Positions 35,350 to 45,052 of a stretch of DNA of 64,000 nucleotides are shown here, in pieces. A program made the translations under genes and the position numbers. The notes under the pieces are model-generated. The model made no database searches, was not told where the DNA came from, and saw only the letters and a program-made list of their open reading frames with translations. Origin of the DNA: Actinomycetota bacterium (GTDB lineage Bacteria; Actinomycetota; Actinomycetes; Actinomycetales; Microbacteriaceae); NCBI GenBank assembly GCA_029865895.1, contig JARXAN010000032.1, positions 11,396 through 75,395 of the forward strand, read 5' to 3'. Numbering within the stretch: the stretch's first letter is position 1; every line of letters begins with the position of its first letter.

Positions 35350-35827
35350 CTTGTGCTCCAATCAATTTCGAAACCTTGTTTTCAAACTCTTTGCGAACAT
35401 CCGGGTTGGTAAACCTAAAGTGAGATGCCACCTTGGTATCCCCTAGCGACCAATGAATCATTGAGAGACCACCACGCTCAACACCCTTGTCGATGGTTGC
35501 GGTGGCAGCATCAATCCCGGTGATGGTCTGGGCTGGAATCAGGAAGCTTCTCTCACCGGTTCTGTGAACTGAGACGCCATCGCCACCGACGGACAGGGCT
35601 GCACGCCCGCGCATAGCAAAGCCATGTGCCCAGATTCTGTCGAGCGGAGCTGCTTCAAAAACGGTGGACACGTAGAAGGTTTCGAGATCCCCTTGCGTTG
35701 TCGCAGCAAGCGGCGCAGCAATTAATTTCTCCTGCGCTGCTCGCCGCTTTCTCACGCTCAGCCAGATTGCCAATGCAATTACCGCAACCAGAGAAAGCAT
35801 TAGGAAGCCAATAGTTTCGCGAATCAT
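35342..35827 (-). CDS. Membrane-anchored protein with probable PH-like domain (Rv1382-like)
   Basis: N-terminal TM then KRR; YVSTV...PLDRI motif; conserved slot between pyrC and carA in actinobacteria. Confidence 0.8.
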   Translation of the reverse strand: MIRETIGFLMLSLVAVIALAIWLSVRKRRAAQEKLIAAPLAATTQGDLETFYVSTVFEAAPLDRIWAHGFAMRGRAALSVGGDGVSVHRTGERSFLIPAQTITGIDAATATIDKGVERGGLSMIHWSLGDTKVASHFRFTNPDVRKEFENKVSKLIGAQVG

Positions 35828-37098
35828 GAACGCTCCTGTAGTTGTGAATCCTTGACGGTGAATTGTCCCTTGAAGATGGTGTGGACGACAGCTCCAGGCA
35901 GAGTGCTGCCGGCAAATGGGTTATTCGTGCTCTTCGATTTTGTGGCGCTGTGAATTAAGCGCTTGGCACTGGGGTCAATGAGGGTCAGGTTCGCCATCGC
36001 ACCAACCTCAAGCTTTCCCTGGTTTACCAGGCCGGCAATTTCAGCAGGCCTGGTGCTGAGAATCTGAGCAAAGCGCTCCCAGTCTCCCCCGCCATCGATA
36101 AGCACTTCTTGAAGAACAGAAGCTGCGTGTTCTAGTCCCACCATTCCGAAAGCGGCATTCTGCCACTCGCACTCTTTCTTCTCCGCCGAGTGAGGTGCGT
36201 GATCGGTTCCGATCACGTCAATCGTTCCATCCAAAAGTGCAGCTCGAAGCGCGAGGGTGTCCTCTTGGCTTCGAAGCGGAGGGTTGACCTTATACAGCGG
36301 GTCATAGCTTCGAACCAACTCTTCGGTGAGCATCAGGTGATGCGGAGTGACCTCGGCGGTGATGTTGATGCCACGCTTCTTTGCCCAGCGGACGACCTCG
36401 ACCGCACCCGCGGTAGTCAGGTGGCAAATGTGTAGTCGAGAACCGGTGCCTTCGGCCAATAGCGCATCTCGCTCGATGATTGACTCTTCGGCTATTGCCG
36501 GCCAACCCGTCAATCCGAGTTCGGTTGCAAGCGCTCCCGCATTCATTTGAGAACCGACGGTGAGCAGTGGATCCTGGGCGTGCTGAGCGATCACACCTCC
36601 GACGTTCTTCACTGCAAGCATCGCAGCGTGCATCAAGTCTTTGTCAAAAACACAAACGCCATCATCACTGAACATGCGAACCTTGGACTTTGATGAAGCA
36701 AGTCCTGGGATGTCGGATAGTGCTTCACCCTTCAGGCCAATGGTAACTGAGCCGATCGGGTGAACCTCAACGTATCCAGCTGCTTGACCTGCATCCAGAA
36801 TGAAGTCTGCAATAGCGGCATTATCAGTTACCGGAGCGGTGTTAGCCATGGCCATAACCGCTGTGTAACCACCGGCTGCGGCGCTCTGGCTACCAGTGAG
36901 GATTGTCTCGCTGGCTTCAAAGCCAGGCTCTCTAAGATGAGTGTGGACGTCAACGAAGCCAGGTAGAGCTATTAGGCCTGCGCAATCAACGCCTCGAGAT
37001 AGCGATTCTCCAATGCTCACGATTCTGCCATCGCGGATCTCAATGTCAGCACCTGTGCCGTTAGGAAGGGTGACATTGTTGAGGACTATTGAGTTCAT
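35824..37098 (-). CDS. pyrC: Dihydroorotase
   Basis: [29 protein letters not shown]. Start at ATG 37098 (ATGA overlap with pyrB). Confidence 0.97.
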   Translation of the reverse strand: MNSIVLNNVTLPNGTGADIEIRDGRIVSIGESLSRGVDCAGLIALPGFVDVHTHLREPGFEASETILTGSQSAAAGGYTAVMAMANTAPVTDNAAIADFILDAGQAAGYVEVHPIGSVTIGLKGEALSDIPGLASSKSKVRMFSDDGVCVFDKDLMHAAMLAVKNVGGVIAQHAQDPLLTVGSQMNAGALATELGLTGWPAIAEESIIERDALLAEGTGSRLHICHLTTAGAVEVVRWAKKRGINITAEVTPHHLMLTEELVRSYDPLYKVNPPLRSQEDTLALRAALLDGTIDVIGTDHAPHSAEKKECEWQNAAFGMVGLEHAASVLQEVLIDGGGDWERFAQILSTRPAEIAGLVNQGKLEVGAMANLTLIDPSAKRLIHSATKSKSTNNPFAGSTLPGAVVHTIFKGQFTVKDSQLQERS

Positions 37099-38027
37099 AG
37101 CTGCTCCCCGCTTAGGCACTGGTAAAGGACTGCCATTCTTACCGCCACACCGTTAGCTACCTGCTTCAGAACCTGAGATCTAGGGTCATCAGCAGCCTGA
37201 CTGGAGATTTCAAAGCCGCGATTCATTGGGCCGGGGTGCATGATCAAAGCCTTGGGTGACAGCATGGCGAGTCGATCGCCCTCCAAGCTCCAAGACTTCG
37301 AGTAGTCCGCGGCCGAACTAAAGAACTCGCCCTGCATGCGCTCTTTCTGAACTCGCAACATCATCACGACATCTGGCTTTTCCTCTAGAGCCTGCTCGAA
37401 GGAGTTCAGCACCTCGGTTCCCATGGCCTCAATCCCCTCAGGAATTAGGCTCTCTGGTCCGGCAACCGTGACCTTTGCACCCAGAAGCTTTAGCAGCAGG
37501 ATGTTTGATCTTGCAACGCGAGAGTGTCGAATGTCTCCAACAATCAAAACCTTTAGTCCAGTTAGATCCTCGTGAAGCCCGAAGCCTTGACGAATGGTTA
37601 GTGCATCAAGCAGCGCTTGAGTTGGGTGCTCGTGAGCGCCATCTCCCGCGTTGATAACGCTGGCTGAAATCCAACCTTGTTCTGCAAGTAACTTGGGAGC
37701 TCCTGAAAGCGGGTGTCGAATAACAATGGCGTCCGCTCCGATTGCCTCCAAAGTCTGTGCGGTGTCCTTAAGTGATTCACCTTTGGAAACCGAGGAACTG
37801 TCGGCAGAGAAGTTGATGACGTCGGCGCTTAGCCGCTTGGCGGCAACTTCAAAGCTAATTCGGGTTCTAGTGCTGTTTTCAAAGAAGAGATTGACAACCG
37901 TCTTGCCCCTTAGGGCCGGCAGCTTCTTGACCTCTCGCTCATTGACCTGGGATAGCTGCTGGGCATTGTCTAGAAGCCCAATCGCACTCTCGCGGCTGAG
38001 TTCTCGCATTGACGTGAGATGCTTCAC
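37095..38027 (-). CDS. pyrB: Aspartate carbamoyltransferase catalytic subunit
   Basis: [30 protein letters not shown]. Confidence 0.98.
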   Translation of the reverse strand: MKHLTSMRELSRESAIGLLDNAQQLSQVNEREVKKLPALRGKTVVNLFFENSTRTRISFEVAAKRLSADVINFSADSSSVSKGESLKDTAQTLEAIGADAIVIRHPLSGAPKLLAEQGWISASVINAGDGAHEHPTQALLDALTIRQGFGLHEDLTGLKVLIVGDIRHSRVARSNILLLKLLGAKVTVAGPESLIPEGIEAMGTEVLNSFEQALEEKPDVVMMLRVQKERMQGEFFSSAADYSKSWSLEGDRLAMLSPKALIMHPGPMNRGFEISSQAADDPRSQVLKQVANGVAVRMAVLYQCLSGEQL

Positions 38028-38554
38028 TGGCTAATCACCACCTGGTCTACCCCGTCGGTCTGGGATAGCAGAACCCTTACTCGCTCCGTCATTGCGGTCG
38101 GTAGGTTCTTTCCCACAAAGTCCGGCCTGATTGGCAGTTCACGGTGACCACGATCTACCAAGACGGCCAGTTTTACCTGCCGAGGTCTACCAAGGTCAGT
38201 GAGCGCATCAAGCGCTGCACGAACAGTGCGGCCTGAGAACAGCACATCATCCACCAGCACCACCACCTTGTCGGTTATGCCACACTCCGGAATCAGGGTC
38301 TGGTGGATCTTTCGCTCTGCACTTGCCACATCGTCTCGATACATGGTGATATCGAGCACGCCGAGACTTGGTTGGTAATCAGGATCAATCTGCGTAAGAA
38401 GTGCGTTGATTCGCTCGGCTAACTGCTTGCCCCTGGTTGGAATGCCAAGCAAAACAAGTCCGCTAGGACCTTCGTTGGCTTCGAGAATTTCGTGAGCAAT
38501 GCGCTTTAGGGCCCGATCGATGTCGGGCGAATCGAGTACGACGCGCTCTTGCAT
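38024..38554 (-). CDS. pyrR: Pyrimidine operon regulator / uracil phosphoribosyltransferase
   Basis: [34 protein letters not shown]; ATG 38554 fits SD spacing. Confidence 0.97.
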   Translation of the reverse strand: MQERVVLDSPDIDRALKRIAHEILEANEGPSGLVLLGIPTRGKQLAERINALLTQIDPDYQPSLGVLDITMYRDDVASAERKIHQTLIPECGITDKVVVLVDDVLFSGRTVRAALDALTDLGRPRQVKLAVLVDRGHRELPIRPDFVGKNLPTAMTERVRVLLSQTDGVDQVVISQ

Positions 38555-38560
38555 TTGCAA

Positions 38561-38592
38561 TCCTTCTTCGCCTCACTGGACGAATTTAAAGG
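38561..38592 (-). promoter_or_regulatory. PyrR-binding RNA element overlapping the pyrR SD
   Basis: CCTTTAAATTCGTCCAGTGAGGCGAAGAAGG matches the CUUUAA...UCCNGNGAGG consensus; -10 TATACT at 38610-38605. Confidence 0.88.
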
Positions 38593-38616
38593 TGGTTTCG
38601 AGAAAGTATACAGCTA

Positions 38617-39036
38617 TTAGAGGGCTTGGCGACCCTTAGCAAGGCGAGCCAAAACTCCGTTGATGAACTTTGGGGATTCATCGGTAGAAAGCTCCGCGGC
38701 AAGCGAGACAGCCTCCGAGATGGCAACCTCATTTGGGACCTCTGAATTGTGCAGAATCTCCCAGGCAGCCATTCTCAGGATTGCCCGGTCAACCGCTGGC
38801 ATTCTCTCGAGCGACCAGTTGTCGGCCAACATCTGAATCTCGGAATCGATTTGGTAGGCGTTCTCGAAGTAGCCGGTCACCAGCATCTCTGCGTAGTCAA
38901 AGATCGGCTGTTGGTTCTGTCGATCCTCAACTTCAATCTCGGTCTGCTTTAGAAGCTCAAGAGCCTCAACGCCACGAACATCGGATGCGTAGAGCGCGTC
39001 AAGAGCGCGCTTTCGTGCTTTAGATCTAGCGCTCAA
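38617..39036 (-). CDS. nusB: Transcription antitermination factor NusB
   Basis: SARSKARKRA, WSLERMPAVDRAILR, FINGVL. Confidence 0.97.
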   Translation of the reverse strand: MSARSKARKRALDALYASDVRGVEALELLKQTEIEVEDRQNQQPIFDYAEMLVTGYFENAYQIDSEIQMLADNWSLERMPAVDRAILRMAAWEILHNSEVPNEVAISEAVSLAAELSTDESPKFINGVLARLAKGRQAL

Positions 39037-39600
39037 CTATTCGCTCACACGGCCAAGGTAGTCACCGGTTCTGGTGTCGACCTTAACTCTGGTGTTGTTC
39101 TCAATGAAAAGCGGTACCTGAATCTGGAAGCCGGTCTCCAAGGTCGCAGGCTTGGTTCCACCGGTCGAGCGATCGCCCTGCAGGCCAGGCTCGGTGTAGG
39201 TGATTTCCAAAACCACCGATGGTGGAAGTTCGATGTAGAGCGGAGCACCCTCGTGCAGCGCAACGGTGGCCATCTGGTTCTCCAGCATGTAGTTGGCAGT
39301 GTCGCCCACAGTTTCGCTTGGGATGGTGATCTGGTCGTAGGTGGTGTTATCCATAAATACGTAGCCGGTGCCATCGTTGTACAGGTACTGCATGTCACGG
39401 CGGTCAACGGTTGCGGTCTCAATCTTTACGCCAGCGTTGAAGGTCTTCTCAACAACCTTGCCGGAGAGCACGTGACGCATCTTGGTGCGAACGAAAGCTG
39501 GGCCCTTGCCTGGCTTTACGTGCTGAAACTCAATCACCGACCAGAGCTGGCCTTCCATGTTGAGGACCATGCCGTTTTTGAGATCGTTTGAGGTTGCCAT
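39037..39600 (-). CDS. efp: Elongation factor P
   Basis: [26 protein letters not shown]; SD AAGGAG. Confidence 0.98.
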   Translation of the reverse strand: MATSNDLKNGMVLNMEGQLWSVIEFQHVKPGKGPAFVRTKMRHVLSGKVVEKTFNAGVKIETATVDRRDMQYLYNDGTGYVFMDNTTYDQITIPSETVGDTANYMLENQMATVALHEGAPLYIELPPSVVLEITYTEPGLQGDRSTGGTKPATLETGFQIQVPLFIENNTRVKVDTRTGDYLGRVSE

Positions 39601-39627
39601 TTTTCTCCTTGATAAACCTGTGAAATT

Positions 39628-40056
39628 CTAGTTGCGAGTTAGCTGCTGGAGGGCCAATAGGTAACTATCGACACCAAATCCTGCGATCACTCCGGTCGCA
39701 ACGCCTGAAATAACGCTGTTGTGGCGGAATGCCTCACGGGTGTGAGGGTTTGAAATGTGCACCTCAATTAGCCTTGAGCGACCCTTCAGCATTGCGCATG
39801 CGTCCCTAAGGGCGTATGAGTAGTGCGTGAAAGCTGCAGGATTAAGAATTACGTCGGCGCTGTCATTGAAAGCAGCCTGCAGCCAACCGATGAGCTCGTC
39901 TTCGCTGTTGGTTTGCCCGAATACCAACTCAACCTCGGGAGCCTGCTGACGAAGCTTTGCCTCGATGTCAGAGAGATTCATGGTGCCGTAAATCTCTGGC
40001 TCGCGAGCACCCAGCATGTTTAGGTTCGGTCCGTTCAGGACGTAAATCTTGGTCAT
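39628..40056 (-). CDS. aroQ: Type II 3-dehydroquinate dehydratase
   Basis: LNGPNLNMLGAREPEIYG, NPAAFTH, EVHISN. Confidence 0.97.
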   Translation of the reverse strand: MTKIYVLNGPNLNMLGAREPEIYGTMNLSDIEAKLRQQAPEVELVFGQTNSEDELIGWLQAAFNDSADVILNPAAFTHYSYALRDACAMLKGRSRLIEVHISNPHTREAFRHNSVISGVATGVIAGFGVDSYLLALQQLTRN

Positions 40057-40065
40057 GAGTAAACG

Positions 40066-41097
40066 CTATTCCACAATCGCCTGAAATGCAGTGAATACTA
40101 GCTCCGGAGTTGGTGCGCTTAGAATCCCCGGCTTGCCAATCCCGTCCAAAACCACAAACCTCAACGACCCAGCCCGGCTCTTCTTATCGCGCTGCATAGT
40201 TGCCAGTAGCTGCTCCCAGCGGTCTGCTCGGTAGGTCATCGGCAACCCCAGCTTGGAGAGCACATTTCGGTGTCTTTCGACGTCAGCCTCTTTGAGTCTG
40301 CCGCTCAACATGGAAAGCTCAGCCGCAAAGACCATGCCGATGGATATTGCCGCACCGTGACGCCACTTGTATCTTTCGGCATGCTCGATTGCGTGCCCAA
40401 GGGTGTGTCCGTAGTTCAAAAACTCGCGCTGTCCGGCTTCCTTGAAGTCAGCTGTGGTGATTTGCTCTTTGATTGCCACCGAACGCCTGATAATTTCTGC
40501 AAACACATCGCTCTTTACATCGGTTGCCTCGTCCGAAGACTCAACCGCCTCCAAGATCCAAGGGTCGGAGATGAATCCGTACTTAACAACCTCGCCCATG
40601 CCGGCAAGCAGTTCGTTTCGCGGCAGCGTCTCTAGGGTGTCCAGGTCGATGATTACCCGGTGTGGGAGGTGGAACGCACCCACCAGGTTCTTGCCCTCTG
40701 CGGTGTTTATTCCGGTCTTGCCGCCGATGGCTGCGTCAACCATCCCAAGTAGCGTGGTAGGGATAAGGATTGAACGAATCCCTCGAAGCCAGGTTGCAGC
40801 GACGAATCCAGCAAGGTCGGTGGTTGATCCGCCGCCAATTCCAACTACCGCATCATTTCTGTGGAAATCGGCTTGGCCCATTACCTGCCAGCAAAATGTT
40901 GCGACCTCGATGCGCTTCGCATCCTCCGCATTTGGTACTTCGACGACCAGTGCTTCAAAACCCTTTTCACGAAGATCTTCCTGAACCGCGAGAGCGGTTG
41001 CACTCAGGGCCTGAGGGTGCAGAATCAAGACCTTCTTTACGCCATCTAGTGCCTTGGCGACCTCGGGAAGTAGTGATCGCCCAATAATCGAAGTCAT
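40066..41097 (-). CDS. aroB: 3-dehydroquinate synthase
   Basis: GGGSTTDLAGF, PTTLLGMVDAAIGGKTG, LNYGHTLGHAIE. Confidence 0.97.
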   Translation of the reverse strand: MTSIIGRSLLPEVAKALDGVKKVLILHPQALSATALAVQEDLREKGFEALVVEVPNAEDAKRIEVATFCWQVMGQADFHRNDAVVGIGGGSTTDLAGFVAATWLRGIRSILIPTTLLGMVDAAIGGKTGINTAEGKNLVGAFHLPHRVIIDLDTLETLPRNELLAGMGEVVKYGFISDPWILEAVESSDEATDVKSDVFAEIIRRSVAIKEQITTADFKEAGQREFLNYGHTLGHAIEHAERYKWRHGAAISIGMVFAAELSMLSGRLKEADVERHRNVLSKLGLPMTYRADRWEQLLATMQRDKKSRAGSLRFVVLDGIGKPGILSAPTPELVFTAFQAIVE

Positions 41098-41582
41098 TTG
41101 CTTGCCTCTTGCTTGAGTTGTGAGATCAGTGCCTTTATTGGCTTACCGCCTGTGAAAACGGTAGCAGTTGCGCATTCTTGATACAGGGACTTGCGCTCGT
41201 TGTAAATAGCGTCCCAACGTTCAGGATTGTCTTTCAACAGCGGTCGCTTTGAGAGATTGATCTTGCCCAGCACGTGCTCGCTGGAGGTATCGAGAAAGAC
41301 AGTGCGGTATCCCCCAAGTAGCCTGCGGTTCTCTTCACTTAGAACGATGCCACCGCCGGTTGCAATCACACCGCCCACTTCTAAAGCCTTGATCAAAGCG
41401 CTGGTTTCTAGGGTGCGAAAGTGCGGCTCGCCAAACTTGGCAAAGATGTCGACGATGGCCCCATGTTCCTTGGCAACCAACTTGTCGGTATCCGAGAAAG
41501 GAACTTCCAGCTCCTTGGCAAGTTTTTTACCGAGAGTGGTTTTCCCAGATCCCATCGGTCCAATCAGGATGAGAGTTTCCAC
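41094..41582 (-). CDS. aroK: Shikimate kinase
   Basis: GPMGSGKTT, GEPHFR, ATGGG, RPLL. Confidence 0.96.
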   Translation of the reverse strand: METLILIGPMGSGKTTLGKKLAKELEVPFSDTDKLVAKEHGAIVDIFAKFGEPHFRTLETSALIKALEVGGVIATGGGIVLSEENRRLLGGYRTVFLDTSSEHVLGKINLSKRPLLKDNPERWDAIYNERKSLYQECATATVFTGGKPIKALISQLKQEASK

Positions 41583-42778
41583 TATGGCTGCGCGATGCGT
41601 GACTTGAGGACGTCCGGGATGTTGGCAAGGTAGGACTCTAAGTTGCGCTTGGTCTCACCAAGTGAATCTCCCCCGAACTTCTCAAGCACCGAGTTTGCAA
41701 CCACTAGTGCAACCATTGCCTCAACCACAACACCGGCCGCTGGAACTGCACAGACGTCTGATCTCTGGTGATGTGCGGTAGTGGCATCACCGGTTGCGGT
41801 GTCGATGGTCTGAAGAGCTCTTGGCACGGTGCTAATTGGCTTCATACCCGCGCGAACACGAATTACTTCGCCGTTTGACATGCCACCCTCGATGCCGCCG
41901 GCACGATCGGTGAGTCGGTGAACCGAGCCATCCTCGCGGACGATTTCATCGTGTGCAACGCTGCCGCGGCGCTTGGTGGTCTCTAGGCCATCGCCAATCT
42001 CAACCGACTTCATGGCCTGGATTCCCATGACTGCTGCGGCAAGCTGTGCATCCAGTCTGCGATCCCAGTGAACGTAGGAACCAAGTCCCGGAGGACAGCC
42101 GTAAACCAAAGTTTCGGTGACTCCGCCAATGGTGTCACCGGAAGAGTGGCAATCATCGATCTCGGCAACCATAGCCAAGCTGGCATCCTTGTCGAAGCAA
42201 CGCACAGCATCCTCATCAAGCATTGCCTTATCGCTTGGCTTAGGAAGTGCTGTGCTGGTGTTCTGCGCGGTGCCGATCGCAACGGTGTGGGTAACCAGTT
42301 CGATTCCGAGCGCGCTCAAAAAGTTCTTGGCAACCTGCCCAAGTGCAACGCGGGTCGCGGTCTCTCTAGCGGAAGCTCTTTCCAGGACCGGCCTTGCCTC
42401 ATCGAAGTCATACTTCTGCATTCCGGTGAAGTCAGCATGTCCCGGACGGGGGCGAGTTAGCGGAGCGCTTCTGGCGCCGGTGAGATCCTCCTGCGAAACC
42501 GGTGCGGCGGACATAACGGTTTCCCACTTAGGCCACTCGGTATTGGCAATTCTGATCGCGATTGGACCACCCTGAGTGAGGCCAAAGCGAATTCCGGTGG
42601 AAAGGGTGACCTGGTCAAGTTCAAACTTCATGCGGGCACCGCGCCCGTAGCCGAGACGACGTTGAGCGAGTGCCTCTTGGATGTCCTCTACTAGAACAGG
42701 AACGCCCGCAGGCAAACCCTCAATGACACCAATGAGTTCAGGGCCGTGGGATTCCCCGGCAGTTATCCAGCGCAACAT
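41582..42778 (-). CDS. aroC: Chorismate synthase
   Basis: True start [12 protein letters not shown] at 42778; [24 protein letters not shown]. Confidence 0.97.
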   Translation of the reverse strand: MLRWITAGESHGPELIGVIEGLPAGVPVLVEDIQEALAQRRLGYGRGARMKFELDQVTLSTGIRFGLTQGGPIAIRIANTEWPKWETVMSAAPVSQEDLTGARSAPLTRPRPGHADFTGMQKYDFDEARPVLERASARETATRVALGQVAKNFLSALGIELVTHTVAIGTAQNTSTALPKPSDKAMLDEDAVRCFDKDASLAMVAEIDDCHSSGDTIGGVTETLVYGCPPGLGSYVHWDRRLDAQLAAAVMGIQAMKSVEIGDGLETTKRRGSVAHDEIVREDGSVHRLTDRAGGIEGGMSNGEVIRVRAGMKPISTVPRALQTIDTATGDATTAHHQRSDVCAVPAAGVVVEAMVALVVANSVLEKFGGDSLGETKRNLESYLANIPDVLKSRIAQP

Positions 42779-42782
42779 CTGT

Positions 42783-43574
42783 CTATTTTGCCATGTTAAG
42801 GGCGCTGCGAATCGCCTGAAGCAATTCTTTCTCGTTCTCAAGTGGCTCGTCGAGGTCGTGTCCGGCGAACAACCGCTGTTGGCCAAGTGCCTGCCACAGC
42901 AGCATCTCGATACCAGAAATGGTTCGATCCTTACCCCAGAGTTCAGCTGCCTTCGATGGCCAGGGGTCGTAGGCGACATCCAAAAGCACGCCGCGAGGCG
43001 CTGTCTTCAAAGACGGCAGGTGCTCGTCTAGAGCTCTTGGAGGAAGCGTCGAGATGACTAGGTCCGCCTCGCATGCCTTGTGTAGTAATGGCTGGGAAGA
43101 AACATCAAACTCGGCACTAAGTTGCCTGACCGATGCAGGGTTTCTCCCCCACAGCGTGACCTGCTTGTCCAACTCCTGCATGGCTACGATTGCACTTCGA
43201 GCCGTGGCACCGGTTCCAATTACCGAAACAGTCCTAAAGCGAAGCCCAGAAACTGCCTGCTGAATGCCAAACACATCGGTGTTGTAAGCATCCCAACCGC
43301 TCTCGGTCTTCACCAGCGTGTTGGCCGCTCCGGTGCCAATCGCCAGCGAGTCTGCCCGCTCAGCAAAGTTCAACGCCTCTTCCTTCAGCGGCATCGTGAG
43401 GCTAAAGCCTTGGAAACCAGCACCCTGTTTGGCCATAAAGTCAGCGAGATCCCCTGCTAACTCGATTGCCTGATAGTCCGAATCTGCGCTCAGAGCGGCG
43501 AAAGCTGCCGTGTGAATAATCGGTGATTTTGAGTGTGAGATCGGAGATCCGAGAACTGCGTAATGACTAGTCAT
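42783..43574 (-). CDS. aroE: Shikimate dehydrogenase
   Basis: [28 protein letters not shown]; start ATG 43574. Confidence 0.94.
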   Translation of the reverse strand: MTSHYAVLGSPISHSKSPIIHTAAFAALSADSDYQAIELAGDLADFMAKQGAGFQGFSLTMPLKEEALNFAERADSLAIGTGAANTLVKTESGWDAYNTDVFGIQQAVSGLRFRTVSVIGTGATARSAIVAMQELDKQVTLWGRNPASVRQLSAEFDVSSQPLLHKACEADLVISTLPPRALDEHLPSLKTAPRGVLLDVAYDPWPSKAAELWGKDRTISGIEMLLWQALGQQRLFAGHDLDEPLENEKELLQAIRSALNMAK

Positions 43575-44631
43575 TCCACTCCGGATTCTCTCGGAGCCAG
43601 GCGTAGAACTCTTGAGCCGCTCTTTCATGTTCGGCAAGTGTGACGCTGAACTTTGTCTCACCGGTCTTGAGGTTCACGGTCACAAAGAACAGCCAATCCC
43701 CATCGGCTGGTCGTATTGCTGCTTCGATAGCCAGTTCGCCGGGGTTAGAAATCGGTCCAGCTGGCAATCCGGTGTAGACGTAGGTGTTGTATGGGCTCTT
43801 ATCGGCACGTTGAGCATCTGTGGTGGTCACGGTTTTACCGTTGGTGCCGTAGTTCACCGTCGCATCGGATTGGAGCATCATGCCGATGTCCAGACGGTTC
43901 TGGAATACCCGTGCGACCTTATAGAAGTCTTCTTCCAACTTGGCCTCAGACTGAATCAATGCCGCCAGATTGATGACATCAAAGGAGTCCTTTAGCGCAA
44001 TGTCGTATTGCTCAAGCTCTGCTTCGGTTCTATCAACCATGGTGTCGATCACAGTCTGCGCAGTGATTCCCGGATCAAAGGTGTAGGTTGCCGGGAACAG
44101 ATACCCCTCGGCGTTCAAGGCCTCGTCCGGCAGGCGAGACTGAATCGCTTCGATTGCGGCTTCGATGTCTTTGGCCTCAAGCTTCAGATCGGACACCAAC
44201 TGCGGAACTATCTCACGGATTCGGAAACCCTCGGGAATCGTGGTTTGAACAACAACCCGGTTCTTCCCCTCGATCAAAATCTCAAGCGCGCGCTGCCCCG
44301 ATAGCTTGGTGGGGAATTTGTAGGTGCCGGGGTAAATGGTGAAATCGGCTGTCAGCATGTCTCGGTAGATGGCGTCAAAGCTCAAGATGATATCCGCATC
44401 AACCATCTTTCGGGCAACCGCCGCCCCATCATCCCCAGGCTCGATCACAATCATGGTTTCCGGACCCGGTTCTCCTGAGTAGTCTGCGATCTGGAACTTA
44501 GAGATGAACTCTCTAATCGAATCCGATGCGACTGTCGTGATGCCGGCTAGTAGTCCGACGGAAACCAGCACTGCAAGGAAACCAAAGAGGACTCTTCGTC
44601 TTCTAATGGTTTTATCGGTCTGCGATGTCAT
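43567..44631 (-). CDS. mltG: Endolytic transglycosylase MltG (YceG family)
   Basis: N-terminal TM, TIPEG, EGYLFPATY, LQSDAT, SPYNTY, GLPAGPISNPG. Confidence 0.95.
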   Translation of the reverse strand: MTSQTDKTIRRRRVLFGFLAVLVSVGLLAGITTVASDSIREFISKFQIADYSGEPGPETMIVIEPGDDGAAVARKMVDADIILSFDAIYRDMLTADFTIYPGTYKFPTKLSGQRALEILIEGKNRVVVQTTIPEGFRIREIVPQLVSDLKLEAKDIEAAIEAIQSRLPDEALNAEGYLFPATYTFDPGITAQTVIDTMVDRTEAELEQYDIALKDSFDVINLAALIQSEAKLEEDFYKVARVFQNRLDIGMMLQSDATVNYGTNGKTVTTTDAQRADKSPYNTYVYTGLPAGPISNPGELAIEAAIRPADGDWLFFVTVNLKTGETKFSVTLAEHERAAQEFYAWLRENPEWND

Positions 44632-45052
44632 TCAGTGTCATCCCTGCTAGGTTGCCGCGCTCAGAGCTCAACGCAAAGTCAAGAATAAGTGCCGCGGCCT
44701 GGGCATCGATGTATTCACGTGACTCTTTGACCTTCTTGCCAGCTTTCCGGAGCATGTTTTGGGCAGACTTGGTGGTCAAACGCTCATCGATCAGCCTGAC
44801 CACAAGCCCAACGTTCTCGAGCAGCTGTGCAAATTCGATGGCCTTGGTTGTGGAAGGGGTGAATTCGCCCTTGAGGTTCAGCGGCAATCCAACGTAAACA
44901 ACGTCAACATCTCTAGAAGACGCTATTTCTTGGATTCGAGTTGTTGCTTGTGCATCGGCAACCAGGGTCTCGAGTGGAAGCGCGAGCGTTCCCTCGCTAA
45001 TCGCCAGGCCGATTCTGGCCGAGCCAACATCAACAGCTAGCCGACGACTCAC
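44612..45052 (-). CDS. ruvX: YqgF/RuvX family nuclease
   Basis: LAVDVGSARIGLA, VGLP, DERLTT, IDAQAA; follows alaS. Confidence 0.94.
   Translation of the reverse strand: MSRRLAVDVGSARIGLAISEGTLALPLETLVADAQATTRIQEIASSRDVDVVYVGLPLNLKGEFTPSTTKAIEFAQLLENVGLVVRLIDERLTTKSAQNMLRKAGKKVKESREYIDAQAAALILDFALSSERGNLAGMTLNDIADR

Noticed and set aside
41094-41097. aroK-aroB as a frameshifted fusion
   Set aside because: It is an ordinary ATGA coupling with no slippery sequence, and both catalytic cores are complete.
42779-42979. Apparent N-terminal extension of AroC; similar extensions on PolA, TrpC, RsmB, PyrC, AroE, SecF and PdxS
   Set aside because: Longest-ORF artefacts overlapping neighbouring genes or their upstream regions; family-typical starts exist downstream.
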